Below, piece by piece: positions 50,672-60,928 of a stretch of 64,000 nt of DNA. Source of the DNA: Kofleriaceae bacterium (GTDB taxonomy: Bacteria > Myxococcota_A > Polyangia > Haliangiales > Haliangiaceae); contig CBDCCZ010000061.1 of the NCBI GenBank assembly GCA_965215005.1, positions 32,001 to 96,000 of the forward strand, in the 5' to 3' direction. Below the pieces are notes generated by a model. The model ran no database searches. It was not told where the DNA came from and worked only from the letters and a program-made list of their open reading frames with translations. Within the stretch, counting starts at the first letter, position 1, and the number at the start of each line of letters is the position of its first letter. The translations under genes and the position numbers were made by a program.

Positions 50672-51794
50672 AACCCATCACATCTACCTCATCCCCGGCT
50701 TCTTTGGATTCGTCAACTTTGGCCGCTTGGTCTACTTCGGCCACGTCCGCGACGTTCTCGAAGAGGTGCTCGATCGCTATGGCATGCGCGCCGAGATCCA
50801 CCGCACCCGCCCCTCGCCCACCGCCTCTCTTCGGCAGCGCGCCGCCCAGCTTCACGAGCACGTTCGCGCGACCGCTGGCGGCACTGGCCCCATTCACCTC
50901 ATCGGACACTCCACTGGCGCGCTCGACGCCCGCCTGCTCGTGAGCCCCGACGTGCAGCTGGCTGCCAGCATCGACGTGCGGCCGATTGCGCAGCGCGTTC
51001 GTTCGGTCGTCGGCGTCGCAGCGCCGCATCACGGAACCCCACTGGCGTCTTTCTTCAACGGCCTGCTCGGGCAAACGCTGTTGCGCCTGCTGTCGCTTGC
51101 AACCGTGGAGACGCTGCGCACTGGCCGCCTGCCGCTATCGATCACCGCGCGCCTCGGTGCGGCGCTGGCGCGGGCAAGCTTGCCCGGTGGCATGGCCGAA
51201 GCGGTGCTCGAGCAACTCTACGACGAGCTCATCCAGCAGCTTCCCGCCGGCGACCGCGATACCTTCGCGGAGTTCTTTCGCCTCGTCTACAAAGACCAAG
51301 CGCTATTGCCGCAGCTCACGCCAGAAGGCATCGACCTCTTCAATGCCGCCGCCGTCGATCGCAACACGGTGCGTTACGCATCGGTGGTGACGCGTGCGGA
51401 GAGGCCTTCGATGCGGCGCCAGCTCAAGGTCGGCGTAAAGCCTTATGACCAGGCAACCTATATGGCGTTTCGCGCCCTGCACTGGCGCACTGGCGTGTCT
51501 GGGCGGTGGCGGCCGCCGCCGCTGTCGCCCGAGCACCGCACACGCCTGCAGTCGCTATTTGGCGAAGTGCCTAGCGCTATCGACAGCGACGGCATCGTCC
51601 CCACGCTCAGCCAGTGTTGGGGCGAGCTCCTCTATGGCGCCAAGGGCGACCATCTCGACGTCATTGGACACTTTCACGCGCCCAAGCATCAGCCGCCGCA
51701 CCGCGATTGGCTCATGACTCATTCCGGGTTTGGCCGACCCGAGTTCGTCGCCGCCTGGACGGCGGTCGCCGCGATGCTCGCCCGCTCTGCGTGA
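50664..51794 (+). CDS. Alpha/beta-hydrolase (lipase/esterase)
   Basis: IPGFFGF, GHSTG nucleophile elbow, PHHGT, DGIV and DHLDVIG motifs. Confidence 0.85.
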   Translation: MPETHHIYLIPGFFGFVNFGRLVYFGHVRDVLEEVLDRYGMRAEIHRTRPSPTASLRQRAAQLHEHVRATAGGTGPIHLIGHSTGALDARLLVSPDVQLAASIDVRPIAQRVRSVVGVAAPHHGTPLASFFNGLLGQTLLRLLSLATVETLRTGRLPLSITARLGAALARASLPGGMAEAVLEQLYDELIQQLPAGDRDTFAEFFRLVYKDQALLPQLTPEGIDLFNAAAVDRNTVRYASVVTRAERPSMRRQLKVGVKPYDQATYMAFRALHWRTGVSGRWRPPPLSPEHRTRLQSLFGEVPSAIDSDGIVPTLSQCWGELLYGAKGDHLDVIGHFHAPKHQPPHRDWLMTHSGFGRPEFVAAWTAVAAMLARSA

Positions 51795-51860
51795 AACCAG
51801 CCCTCTGGGCCGCACCGACGACTCGCGGGGCAACGCGCGCTTCAGGTATGCTCCCGCGCC

Positions 51861-53030
51861 ATGTCCAGCGAACGCGAGCTCGATATCGTCGTCTTCGGCG
51901 CCACTGGTTTCACCGGCAATCTGGTGGCCGAATATCTGGCCCAGCGCGTTGATGGCTCGATTCGCTGGGCGATTGCCGGCCGCAATCGCGCCAAGCTCGA
52001 CGCAGTCAAGCAGCGCCTCATCGAGCTCGATGCCGCGTGCGAGCGGGTAGAGCTCATCGCCGCCGATAAAACCGACGCGGCTTCGATGTTGGCGATGACG
52101 CGCCGCACGCGCGTCGTCCTCACCACCGCCGGTCCGTACATCCACGGCGGCGATGCGGTGGTGCGCGCCTGCGTCGATGGCGGCGCCCACTACGTCGACA
52201 TCACCGGCGAGCCCGAGTTCGTCGCGCGCATTCGCGCCGGCTTCGACGGGCCCGCTCGCGACGCCGGACTGCGGCTCGTGAGCTGCTGCGGGTTCGACAG
52301 CATTCCCCACGATTTGGGCGTGTATCACCTCATGCAACATCTGCAGCCGAGGGCTCCGGTGACGGTTGAAGGCTTCGTACACGCCCGCGGCGCGCTCTCC
52401 GGCGGCACCTGGCGGTCGGCGGTGCTAGCGATGAGTCGGCTGCGTCAAAAGCCGCGCAGCGCGCGCCCGAGCAGCAACGGCCAGCGACGCGTCAAAGCCT
52501 TGGAGCCGCGCCTTCGCTACGAGCCTGCGGTCTCGGCTTGGGTCTTCCCGATGCCTACCATCGACCCGCAGATCGTGCTGCGCAGCGCCCGTGCTTTGGA
52601 GCTGTATGGGCCCGACTTTCGCTACGGGCACTACGGCATGTCGCGCCGACTCTCGCGGCTGGCGGTGGGAGCCGTGGGCCTCGCGGGAATGCTGCTGCTG
52701 GCGCAAACCAAGCCCACTCGCCAATGGCTACTCGATCGCAAGCAATCGGGGCAAGGACCGAGCCCCGAGGAACGCGAACGCAGTTGGTTCGAGGTGACGT
52801 TCGTGGCGCGGACCGAAGGGCGCGAGGTGGTCTCACAGGTCTCCGGTGGCGATCCGGGGTATGGAGAGACCGCGAAGATGGTCGCCGAGGCAGCGCTGGT
52901 ACTGGTGCAGGATGAGGCGCGCCTGCCCCACGCAGCGGGAGCCTTGACACCAGCGGTCGCTCTTGGTCAGCCGCTCCTGGACCGACTCATCGACCGCGGC
53001 ATCCGCTTCGAGCTGGTTGCAGAGCGCTAA
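51861..53030 (+). CDS. Saccharopine dehydrogenase-like oxidoreductase / trans-acting enoyl reductase
   Basis: FGATGFTG, AIAGRN, GPY, YVDITGE, CGFDSIP.D and DPGYGET motifs. Confidence 0.9.
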   Translation: MSSERELDIVVFGATGFTGNLVAEYLAQRVDGSIRWAIAGRNRAKLDAVKQRLIELDAACERVELIAADKTDAASMLAMTRRTRVVLTTAGPYIHGGDAVVRACVDGGAHYVDITGEPEFVARIRAGFDGPARDAGLRLVSCCGFDSIPHDLGVYHLMQHLQPRAPVTVEGFVHARGALSGGTWRSAVLAMSRLRQKPRSARPSSNGQRRVKALEPRLRYEPAVSAWVFPMPTIDPQIVLRSARALELYGPDFRYGHYGMSRRLSRLAVGAVGLAGMLLLAQTKPTRQWLLDRKQSGQGPSPEERERSWFEVTFVARTEGREVVSQVSGGDPGYGETAKMVAEAALVLVQDEARLPHAAGALTPAVALGQPLLDRLIDRGIRFELVAER

Positions 53031-53069
53031 CGCGCGCCGCCGCAGCCAGCGGAGCGCGCATCTTGCGCC

Positions 53070-53336
53070 TCACTCTTCGTCGTCGATCCAACGATCATCG
53101 TCGGGATCGAAGTCGACGTCATCCAAGTCATCTTCGTCGTCGTTCTCGAACTCCTCGTCTTCGAGGTCGTCTTCGTCGTCGTCTTCGAGCTCTTCTTCGC
53201 GGGCGAAGAGGTCCTGGTCGCCATCATCGCCAAAATCGTCGTAGGTGATGTCGCTGTCGTCGCTGGACTCGGAGCTATCGTCGAGCTCGTACACGACCTC
53301 GTCTGCATCCGATCGAACCATTTTGCTGCGGATCAT
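53070..53336 (-). CDS. Extremely acidic 88-aa protein
   Basis: AAGGAGG RBS; 47 of 88 residues are D/E by manual count; GAC/GAA/GAG codon bias. Confidence 0.72.
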   Translation of the reverse strand: MIRSKMVRSDADEVVYELDDSSESSDDSDITYDDFGDDGDQDLFAREEELEDDDEDDLEDEEFENDDEDDLDDVDFDPDDDRWIDDEE

Positions 53337-53378
53337 GCTCCCTCCTTGCCAAAGCGCGCCGGCGCTCCGCCGCAAATT

Positions 53379-53395
53379 TGCACCCAGCATGCCAA
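53379..53395 (-). promoter_or_regulatory. Sigma-54 (-24/-12) promoter
   Basis: Minus strand TTGGCATGCTGGGTGCA with GG-N10-GC spacing, ~43 bp upstream of the acidic ORF. Confidence 0.6.
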
Positions 53396-53491
53396 GCGCC
53401 GCCCGCCACTCGACGTCCCGCCACCACAGCTGCCGTGTGGCGCTTTGCCTCTGGGGGACGAACGCCACACGCAATGTCGCCATCGCCCTGC

Positions 53492-54721
53492 TCACCGTAT
53501 TCGGTCAGCACACGCCATCGCGGCAGCCGAGATTCTGGCCATTCGCAAATCACCAACCGGCGAGCCTGCCAACCGGTTGAGGATCATCGCCAGCGACAGC
53601 TCGCGCGATGGATCCGCCCAGGCGCCGGAGCCACCATAGCCAAAATGGCCAAACGCCGCCGGCTGCACCCCGCGGGTGGTGGCCACCAGGTGGTAGCCGA
53701 GCCGCCAACGCATCCGAAACCCCAGCACTTGATCCCGGCCGTGCACCTGCACCTCACTGGCGCGCTCGATCGTAGCCGGCGACAGCACCCGCACCCCATC
53801 GAGGCTGCCGCCCCCAGCGAGCATCGCGTACATCCGCGCCAGCGCTCGCGCCGTGAACACGCCGTTCATCGCCGGCAATTCCGCATCGAGAATGCGCGAG
53901 CCGACGATGAGCTCGCGGATTCCCGGCGGCGACAGCGCCCGCGACCACGTCTCGGGCTCGACCCGCAGCAGCGCGTAAACGCCACGGCGAGCGAGGGCAT
54001 CGAGGCGCCGCGCCACCGGCGAGCGCGACCTGCCGCGTCGCGCGCCAAGCAGGGTCGCGACCCGCGAGCGCAGCGCCTCCGGCGCCCCAAGTTGCAGCTC
54101 CGGTGCCGCCAGCGGAGTCGCTAGCTCGGTGGCGATGCATTGGCCCACGCTGGTGCCGGTGACGCGGCGAATGACCTCACCGACCAACCACCCAAACGTG
54201 TTGGCTTGATAGGCGCTTGCCGCTTCTAGCGACGACGCCGGTGCCGCTGCCAACGCCGCACACATGGCTTCCCAATCGAGGAAGTACTCGGCCCGCGCCA
54301 CCTGAGGCGGGATGAGATGCAAGCCGGACTGGTGCGTGAGGAGCGCGCGAAGCGGCAGGCGGTCCTTGCCGCGTTGCGCGAACTCCGGCCAGTACTCCGC
54401 CACCGGGGCGTCGTAGTCGAGCAAGCCGCGCTCCGCGAGCACGTGCACCAGCGTGGCGATGACGCCCTTGGTGGTCGAAAACGACATCGCCATGGTGTCG
54501 CGTTGCCATGGCCTGCCTGCCTCGTCTGCCGTGCCGGCCCACACGTCGACCACCGGCACGCCGCGATGGTAAACGCACACCGCGGCCCCACCGCGACCAG
54601 CCGCATCGAGCTGCCTGCCCAGCTCTCGGCTCACCGCAGCAAACCCGGGCGCGACAAGCCCTTGTACCGTGACCCTCTGCCGAGAAGAAACTGCGTTTGT
54701 CACCGTCGCACCGTACTCCAC
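53492..54721 (-). CDS. Serine hydrolase, class C beta-lactamase/family VIII esterase-like
   Basis: FSTTKG (SxxK), YWPEF, LLTHQSG, catalytic Y and FGHFGYGG motifs. Confidence 0.9.
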   Translation of the reverse strand: MEYGATVTNAVSSRQRVTVQGLVAPGFAAVSRELGRQLDAAGRGGAAVCVYHRGVPVVDVWAGTADEAGRPWQRDTMAMSFSTTKGVIATLVHVLAERGLLDYDAPVAEYWPEFAQRGKDRLPLRALLTHQSGLHLIPPQVARAEYFLDWEAMCAALAAAPASSLEAASAYQANTFGWLVGEVIRRVTGTSVGQCIATELATPLAAPELQLGAPEALRSRVATLLGARRGRSRSPVARRLDALARRGVYALLRVEPETWSRALSPPGIRELIVGSRILDAELPAMNGVFTARALARMYAMLAGGGSLDGVRVLSPATIERASEVQVHGRDQVLGFRMRWRLGYHLVATTRGVQPAAFGHFGYGGSGAWADPSRELSLAMILNRLAGSPVGDLRMARISAAAMACADRIR

Positions 54722-54769
54722 GTGCCTCGTCGCAGCGGCCCGGCGGAGGTCAGACTGTTCAGCCGGCGC

Positions 54770-56152
54770 TCATTCTCTGACCAGAAGTGCGAGCGCCTGC
54801 TGGCCGAGCTTGACAATGCGAAGCTGGTCCACCGGCGCATTCGCGTTGTTGACCGCCAAGGTGACCACAAACCAGCGGTTGTCGGCGCGGCGTAGGAGCC
54901 AGGTCATATGGATGACGCCCGGCTCTGAACCACCCTTGTACCCGACCCATGGAAACATCTCCGGGTCGACTGCGACACCGGGGTTCGTCGCAACGATGTC
55001 GAGAAGTAGCGCTCCCTTCGGATGTTCGGCCCGCTGGGTCAGGCTGGCCCACAGCCGGCAGATGTCGGTGGCGCTGGCAAACCAATCAAGCTCGTCGATA
55101 TGGCGCGGCTGCTTCCACGCGGCCGCGCTGGCGATGGAAGGCGTTCGCTTGGCGAGCGTCTGGTTCAAGAATCGCCGCCGCCGCGCCGGCGCCATCGCCA
55201 GATAGGACGCAACGTCCTCCTCGCTGAGACTAAGCTTGAGCAAGAACATCTCCCGCGTCGACAAGAACGGCTGGTTGCGCTCGGGCTGCGTGTGGCCACC
55301 AGCCCGCAGCGCTGCTTCAACGCGCTCACGACCCACGCTGTATAGGAGGTGATCGGTGGCGGTGTTATCGCTGCTCGCGATCATCTTCTTCGCATACTCA
55401 AGAATCGGAAGTTCGGCGCCCTCAGCTTGGTCCTGGAGCACGCCGCTCGGCAAGCTCTTCCACTCATCGCGAATGGCGATGCTGCGATCCCATTCTCGCT
55501 TGCCCGCCACAATTTCGTCGACGAGCGCGAGCAACACATACAACTTGAAGGTGGAAGCAATGGACAACGAGCGGTCCGGCGCCAGCTCGTGTAGTGGAAG
55601 ACAGATGCCATCTTCGAGCGCACTAACGAGTAGTTGGCTCTCTCCCGGCATGGCTTCGAGTTCATTGATGAGTTCCGCCCAGCTACTCGGCAACTCTTTG
55701 GCCTTTTGAAACAGGAGCTCTTCAATGCGCCCATCTTCGTTGACGGAGATCGAGACGTCCAAAGCGATGGACTTACCTCGAGTCCCAATCGCCAAGGCGT
55801 GCTCGCCAATCACCGCCAGTACACTTTCAACCTCAAACGGGCCGGCCGCTGCGAGCTCCGGAAGCACCTTCGCCTGAAGTTGCGCCGCGGGGAATTGCGC
55901 TAGAAACATGGTATCAAATCGCGCCTCCAGTTCCTCGATGCTCGGTTCCGCACCGGCGTTGATGACTTCGATTAGCCACGCGAGCTGGCGACCGGCCGCG
56001 GTTTCCGGAATAGCGTCAAGACCCTGCGCTATGCCGCGCTGCGGCTCACGCGCCGACTTCACGGCAGACGATGTTGGTAACGCTCCTGGCGCGTTCGAGT
56101 GCATTCCACATCCGCCCAACCCTAGTAGCGCTATGGCTATGCCTAGTCTCAT
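54770..56152 (-). CDS. Lipoprotein serine hydrolase (class A beta-lactamase-like, LpqF-type N-terminal domain)
   Basis: Signal with LGGC lipobox; IASTFKLY, SDNTATD and YKGGSEPG motifs. Confidence 0.85.
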   Translation of the reverse strand: MRLGIAIALLGLGGCGMHSNAPGALPTSSAVKSAREPQRGIAQGLDAIPETAAGRQLAWLIEVINAGAEPSIEELEARFDTMFLAQFPAAQLQAKVLPELAAAGPFEVESVLAVIGEHALAIGTRGKSIALDVSISVNEDGRIEELLFQKAKELPSSWAELINELEAMPGESQLLVSALEDGICLPLHELAPDRSLSIASTFKLYVLLALVDEIVAGKREWDRSIAIRDEWKSLPSGVLQDQAEGAELPILEYAKKMIASSDNTATDHLLYSVGRERVEAALRAGGHTQPERNQPFLSTREMFLLKLSLSEEDVASYLAMAPARRRRFLNQTLAKRTPSIASAAAWKQPRHIDELDWFASATDICRLWASLTQRAEHPKGALLLDIVATNPGVAVDPEMFPWVGYKGGSEPGVIHMTWLLRRADNRWFVVTLAVNNANAPVDQLRIVKLGQQALALLVRE

Positions 56153-56284
56153 GACGGCACGATAGCCGAAGGCGGGGCATGAGCAGCGTTTCTCGGCCGC
56201 CCTCGCCGCCGAAGGGGCGAGCAAGAAACGCGTCACGACTCTTGCGGCGTCGTATTAGCGGTTCACGACTTCCGCCGTGAACCA

Positions 56285-56572
56285 CTATTCGGCGGGTTCT
56301 TCGTCGAGATCCGCGGCTACCCAAATGTCTTCGAGGGCGGTGCGCAAGATGTCTTTATTGAGACGATGAAAGGCCGCGCGACCCTCGCTTCGGGTATCAA
56401 CGAGGTTTGCCAGGCGCAGGGTCTTGAAGTGGTGCGCGATGCTCGACTCGTTGATCTTGACGTGCTTGGCGAGCTCCGCGGGGCGTCGCTCTTTGTTGGC
56501 CATATAGGCCAGCATCTTGATTCGCGCAGGATGAGCGAGAGCTTCCAAGACGACCAGCGTGTTCTTCTTCAT
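56285..56572 (-). CDS. ArsR/SmtB-family transcriptional regulator
   Basis: ALAHPARIKML, HFKTLR.ANLV and EGR motifs; ATGA overlap with the FHA gene. Confidence 0.85.
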   Translation of the reverse strand: MKKNTLVVLEALAHPARIKMLAYMANKERRPAELAKHVKINESSIAHHFKTLRLANLVDTRSEGRAAFHRLNKDILRTALEDIWVAADLDEEPAE

Positions 56573-57630
56573 GACGGGCACCAGCGAAGGGAGGCCAGAT
56601 GGTCTCCCAACGTCAGCTCAGCGTCCACGTCCAAGGCGGCGATTCGTATCTCGCGCTCGCGATCGGCCAGCCACGTTCCATTGGTGCTCGCGGTGTCCAG
56701 TGCGTGCAGGCGCCCTTCGACGAGAATGATCAAGAGGTGCACGCGCGAGATGTTCTCGTCGACTAGGACCTGACTGCCATCGACGTCGCAGCGCTCATAC
56801 CGACCGAGGAGCACGCCCCGCTGCGCCGCGCGTGCGCCGATTACCACCGATTGCATGCCCGCGTCGGAGCTGATGCGAACCAGGCCGAGCGCTTCTTCGC
56901 CGTCGGTGAGCAGATCAGCGCGTGCGCGAATGGGCCCGCGAGCCGTCTGCACGTGCGTGATCGAGGGATGAGCCGCCGGTTTGGCCACCGGCGGCGCGGT
57001 CTTGGCACGACGCTTACGCAGCCAGCGATCGGGCTCGGCCTCATCCTCCTCGAGATAGACGCGCTCTGGAATACACGCCCAGCCATCTTCGGCTCCCGCG
57101 GGCCAGTCGCCCTCGCCGGTGATCAAGAAGAACAACGCATAGCTGCCGCAGCGCACGAAGATCGCTCCCTCGGCCACGAGCGAGCCATAGCAGCGGCCGT
57201 GCTCATCTCTGAACGCAGCGCGCGTGCGCAGATCGATCAGCCGAAACCGCACCTCGCGAGCCTGATCCGAGAGCGGTGAGACGATCACCGCGAGGTGACG
57301 CAGGGAGAGGCTGGCGTCGCCGTCGAGATAGAGGTCGGCCATGCTGTGGCGCCCGATGATCGCGGAGTTGGCCGCGCCGACCTTGGCGGCAATGCACAGC
57401 GAGCCCACCATCCGGCTCGAGAACATATCCACGGCCACCACCGCCAGCCCCGGCTGCGCAAAGCTGGTGACCTTGCGGGCGATGCGATCATAGTTGCGCA
57501 CGAACAGCGCACGAAACGAGGCAGGCGTTGCCGAGCGCTCTTCGTCGGCAACCCGGGTACGGGTGTTGTCGGCTTCCTGCCGCTCTTGGCCACCCTCGAG
57601 ATGGACGACCCGGGTGTTGGCTCCGGACAC
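56569..57630 (-). CDS. Tandem FHA-domain protein
   Basis: IGRH...SLRH and LGRY...ISRVH...STNGT motifs. Confidence 0.85.
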   Translation of the reverse strand: MSGANTRVVHLEGGQERQEADNTRTRVADEERSATPASFRALFVRNYDRIARKVTSFAQPGLAVVAVDMFSSRMVGSLCIAAKVGAANSAIIGRHSMADLYLDGDASLSLRHLAVIVSPLSDQAREVRFRLIDLRTRAAFRDEHGRCYGSLVAEGAIFVRCGSYALFFLITGEGDWPAGAEDGWACIPERVYLEEDEAEPDRWLRKRRAKTAPPVAKPAAHPSITHVQTARGPIRARADLLTDGEEALGLVRISSDAGMQSVVIGARAAQRGVLLGRYERCDVDGSQVLVDENISRVHLLIILVEGRLHALDTASTNGTWLADREREIRIAALDVDAELTLGDHLASLRWCPS

Positions 57631-57731
57631 TCGCGGGACTCTATCGCGAAGGTGTCACCTGCGTCACCTGCCGACCACCTCACGCCGAACTTTGGCGGCA
57701 CCAGCCATGTTCTGCCAATCGCATCCAACGT

Positions 57732-59312
57732 TCACGGGCGTTGGATCCCGAGCCAGGAGAAAAATACCGCCATCTGCCGGCGCTGGTCCGCGGGCATGTA
57801 CTCGAAGTTGCGGCCGCGGTCGATAATCTCCCAGAAATCCTTCGACTGCACCCGCGCGAGCTGGTCGGCAATGTTCTCGAGCCGCTCCCTCGGCTCATGC
57901 TGCATGTCGTCGGCGATGCGTCGCGCTTTGGCCTCTTCGCCGGCTTCTAAGTAGTACGCGGCCAGCTTGACCTGGGCCTTGCGCACTCCCAAAAGACCCG
58001 GCTCTTGTTTCATCACCCGCAGCGGCTGATCGAGCTCGAGGAACAAGTCGAGCATCGCTTCTTGCTCCGGGATGCCGCGGGTGTGGGCGTGCTCGCAGAC
58101 CGCGGCGACATCGTACGCGACCGTCTCGGTGACGAACGATAGGTTCATGTCGTAGCTCACGTGCCCGTAGTAGTTCATGTGTTTCACGGCATCGACGGCA
58201 TGAGCGCCCAGGCCGCGATCGATCATCGCTTCGGTGAGCTTGCGGTACTGATTGAGCACGTTATAGGCGGTGCGCACGTCGCGGCAGTTGAGGGTGGCCC
58301 GCAGATAGGAGTTCATGTACCAGAACACCAACGTGACCAATGCATGATCCTGCGTATTGGCCGCCGCTTCACCGATGTAGCGAGTATCGATCGCGATGAG
58401 GTAATTGATGTCTGGCATCTGCGTCATCGCTTCGCGATAGATACCGAGATACTGCCGTAGCACCTTCCACTCGACCCACGTTCGCCGCGCCTCCAGATCG
58501 CTGAGCGATTCGGGATCCATCGCCACGAAATCGGGGTTTTGTCGCAACGCGACACCGATACGGAACCACTCTGGTCCGGCTTGCGGCTTGACCAGAAGGT
58601 ATTCGATGCAGAACTCCGCCAGCGCATCCACCGCCTGGCTGGCGATGATCTTGTCTTTGCCCGAGATCGAGTTCGACGTGATGTCGGTGAGCTCCTCCAT
58701 CGCCGATACAGTTGGAACCTGCAGCGCGCCGCAGCGCCGCGACCGCATCGCCTTGGCGACGGTATCGACGGCGCCCTCGCGGATGCGCGCGATGATGTTG
58801 GCCGGCTCCAGGAACCAAAAGACGTAGGTGAAGTAGGGCAACATCAGCACCAGGCCGAGCGTGGTGGCGGCCATCATGATGAGAATGGCCGCCCGCGGCA
58901 CGAAGCTCGGCTGAATCGACATGCTGAGCCACACGCCGCACACGCAAGCGATGACGAAATACATGAGTACGGTGACGTTGACCCGATCGCGGATGAACAT
59001 CCGGGCCACGCCGGTGTAACGGTCGGAGGACAGCTGCACGATGATGCTCACCACCGTGATTACGATGCCGAGCACCGCGGCCATGAGTCCTGCGAGCGCG
59101 GGGACGGCGTCGGTGATGGTCTGCGACGAAAAGTTGATGTACTGCGTGACGACGCCGGCACGCCGCACGCCACTCGCCAGCGCGTCATGCGAGGACGTGA
59201 AGAAGTAATCGATCGAATAGAACCCAGCGAACAGCAGCAGCGCCACGACACCGAGCAGCACCACCGCCCACAGCCAAAGGCGCTTGCCAGGGCTGGACCT
59301 ACGCCGCTTCAC
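57732..59312 (-). CDS. DUF2254-like membrane protein
   Basis: N-terminal TM helices with VQLSSDRY; long soluble helical C-terminus. Confidence 0.7.
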   Translation of the reverse strand: MKRRRSSPGKRLWLWAVVLLGVVALLLFAGFYSIDYFFTSSHDALASGVRRAGVVTQYINFSSQTITDAVPALAGLMAAVLGIVITVVSIIVQLSSDRYTGVARMFIRDRVNVTVLMYFVIACVCGVWLSMSIQPSFVPRAAILIMMAATTLGLVLMLPYFTYVFWFLEPANIIARIREGAVDTVAKAMRSRRCGALQVPTVSAMEELTDITSNSISGKDKIIASQAVDALAEFCIEYLLVKPQAGPEWFRIGVALRQNPDFVAMDPESLSDLEARRTWVEWKVLRQYLGIYREAMTQMPDINYLIAIDTRYIGEAAANTQDHALVTLVFWYMNSYLRATLNCRDVRTAYNVLNQYRKLTEAMIDRGLGAHAVDAVKHMNYYGHVSYDMNLSFVTETVAYDVAAVCEHAHTRGIPEQEAMLDLFLELDQPLRVMKQEPGLLGVRKAQVKLAAYYLEAGEEAKARRIADDMQHEPRERLENIADQLARVQSKDFWEIIDRGRNFEYMPADQRRQMAVFFSWLGIQRP

Positions 59313-59395
59313 GCGGCGATAGTTGCACACCGCGAACGTGCCGCCAACGCGGCCGCGCCAGCGAGCGTTACCGCGCCTCTGCTATCCTGGCCCAG

Positions 59396-60883
59396 GTGGA
59401 CGACGCGGCGGATGACGACAGCCGGGTGGGCACCGTCCTGGACGGTCGCTATCGCATTCACGAGCGCATCGCCGCGGGCGGAATGGGTGTGGTCTATCGA
59501 GCCGAACGCGTCAAGCTCGGCCGCGCGGTCGCGATCAAATTCTTGCACCCGTGGATTGCCGGCGAGCCAACGGTGCTGGCGCGGTTCGAGCTCGAAGCGC
59601 GCGCCATGGCCAAGCTCGATCATCCAAACTGCGCCTCGGTGATCGACTTCGGCATCGCTTCCGGTGCGCCCTACGTGGTCATGGACTACGTCTCCGGCCA
59701 CACGCTGCGCGAGCTCCTCGATGCCGGCCCGCTCGCGCCGGCGCGAACGAGCGAGATCATGCGCGGGGTTCTTTCTGGGCTCGCCCACGCCCACGCCTGC
59801 GGCATCGTGCATCGCGACATAAAGCCTGCGAACGTGATGGTGAGCGCCGCCACCGCGCTGGGCGATCAAGTGCGCATCCTCGACTTCGGGCTGGCTCGTT
59901 TGCGGGAGGGCTCGCAGCTCTTGACGAGCGGCATGGCGGTAGGAACGCCGTCTTACATGGCTCCCGAGCAGACGGTGGGCGAAACTGCCGACGTTCGCAC
60001 CGACGTCTACGGCTGCGGCATTCTCCTTTACGAGATGTTGACCGGCGTCAAGCCGTTCCAGTCGGACGAGCCTCACGAGGTCATGCGACTACACCGCGAA
60101 GCGCCGCGCCCGCGTCTCGGTGACCTCGCCCCGGGGCTCGATGCGCTCGAGCCAATCGTTGCAACAGCGCTCTCGATCGACCCCGCGCAGCGTTACCAAA
60201 GCGCCGAGGCGTTCGCCGACGCGCTCGCCGAGGTAGGACGACACGCAACACCTCCTCCCTCGCTAGGCGTTGCCCCCACGGCGCTTGCGCTGCCAGCCAC
60301 CGATGCAACCGCCCACAGCGCTCAGATGGCGGCGCCGCGGCATCGGTGGCTCATCGGCGCGCTCCTTGGCGTGGTGGGCGGCGCCGTACTTCTGGCGCTG
60401 GCCTTGGCCAACGACGAGCCAGTTCCCGCACCAGCGGCCGTCTTCGACAACGACTATATAGATAAGTCGCGCGAGCCCGAGCGCGACGGCATCGCCGAAG
60501 CCAAAGCGCGTATCGCCGACGGTAGAATCGACGCCGCGATCGACCTTCTCGAGAGCTTGCGCAAAGTACACCCCGGCGATGCCCGAGCGCCCTATCTGCT
60601 AGGCCGCCTCTACTTCGACAAGCTATGGTGGCGCGACGGTTTGCAAGCGTATCGCGCCGCATTGCGCGCCGATCCGACGCTGGCGAGCGATCTGGCCCTG
60701 CAAAAAGATCTGTTGCGCGGCTTCCTCATCACGCCACGCTACTTCGCTCCCATTGCCAGCTTCATGCGGGACGAGATTGGCGCGCCGATGGTGCCGCTCC
60801 TGGAGGAGACCGCGCGCAGCCACCCAAACCCCAAGACCCGCGCTCGCGCCGCCGGCGAGCTCGCCCGCTATCGGCAGCGGTAG
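59396..60883 (+). CDS. Ser/Thr protein kinase with a TM helix and an extracytoplasmic TPR-like domain
   Basis: GGMGVVY, AIKFL, HRDIKPAN, DFG and GTPSYMAPEQ motifs; TPR-like A..LLG.LY. Confidence 0.93.
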   Translation: MDDAADDDSRVGTVLDGRYRIHERIAAGGMGVVYRAERVKLGRAVAIKFLHPWIAGEPTVLARFELEARAMAKLDHPNCASVIDFGIASGAPYVVMDYVSGHTLRELLDAGPLAPARTSEIMRGVLSGLAHAHACGIVHRDIKPANVMVSAATALGDQVRILDFGLARLREGSQLLTSGMAVGTPSYMAPEQTVGETADVRTDVYGCGILLYEMLTGVKPFQSDEPHEVMRLHREAPRPRLGDLAPGLDALEPIVATALSIDPAQRYQSAEAFADALAEVGRHATPPPSLGVAPTALALPATDATAHSAQMAAPRHRWLIGALLGVVGGAVLLALALANDEPVPAPAAVFDNDYIDKSREPERDGIAEAKARIADGRIDAAIDLLESLRKVHPGDARAPYLLGRLYFDKLWWRDGLQAYRAALRADPTLASDLALQKDLLRGFLITPRYFAPIASFMRDEIGAPMVPLLEETARSHPNPKTRARAAGELARYRQR

Positions 60884-60928
60884 CGCGCGTTTGGGCTGCT
60901 ATCGCCCGCCGCGAGCATCTTTTGTAAG

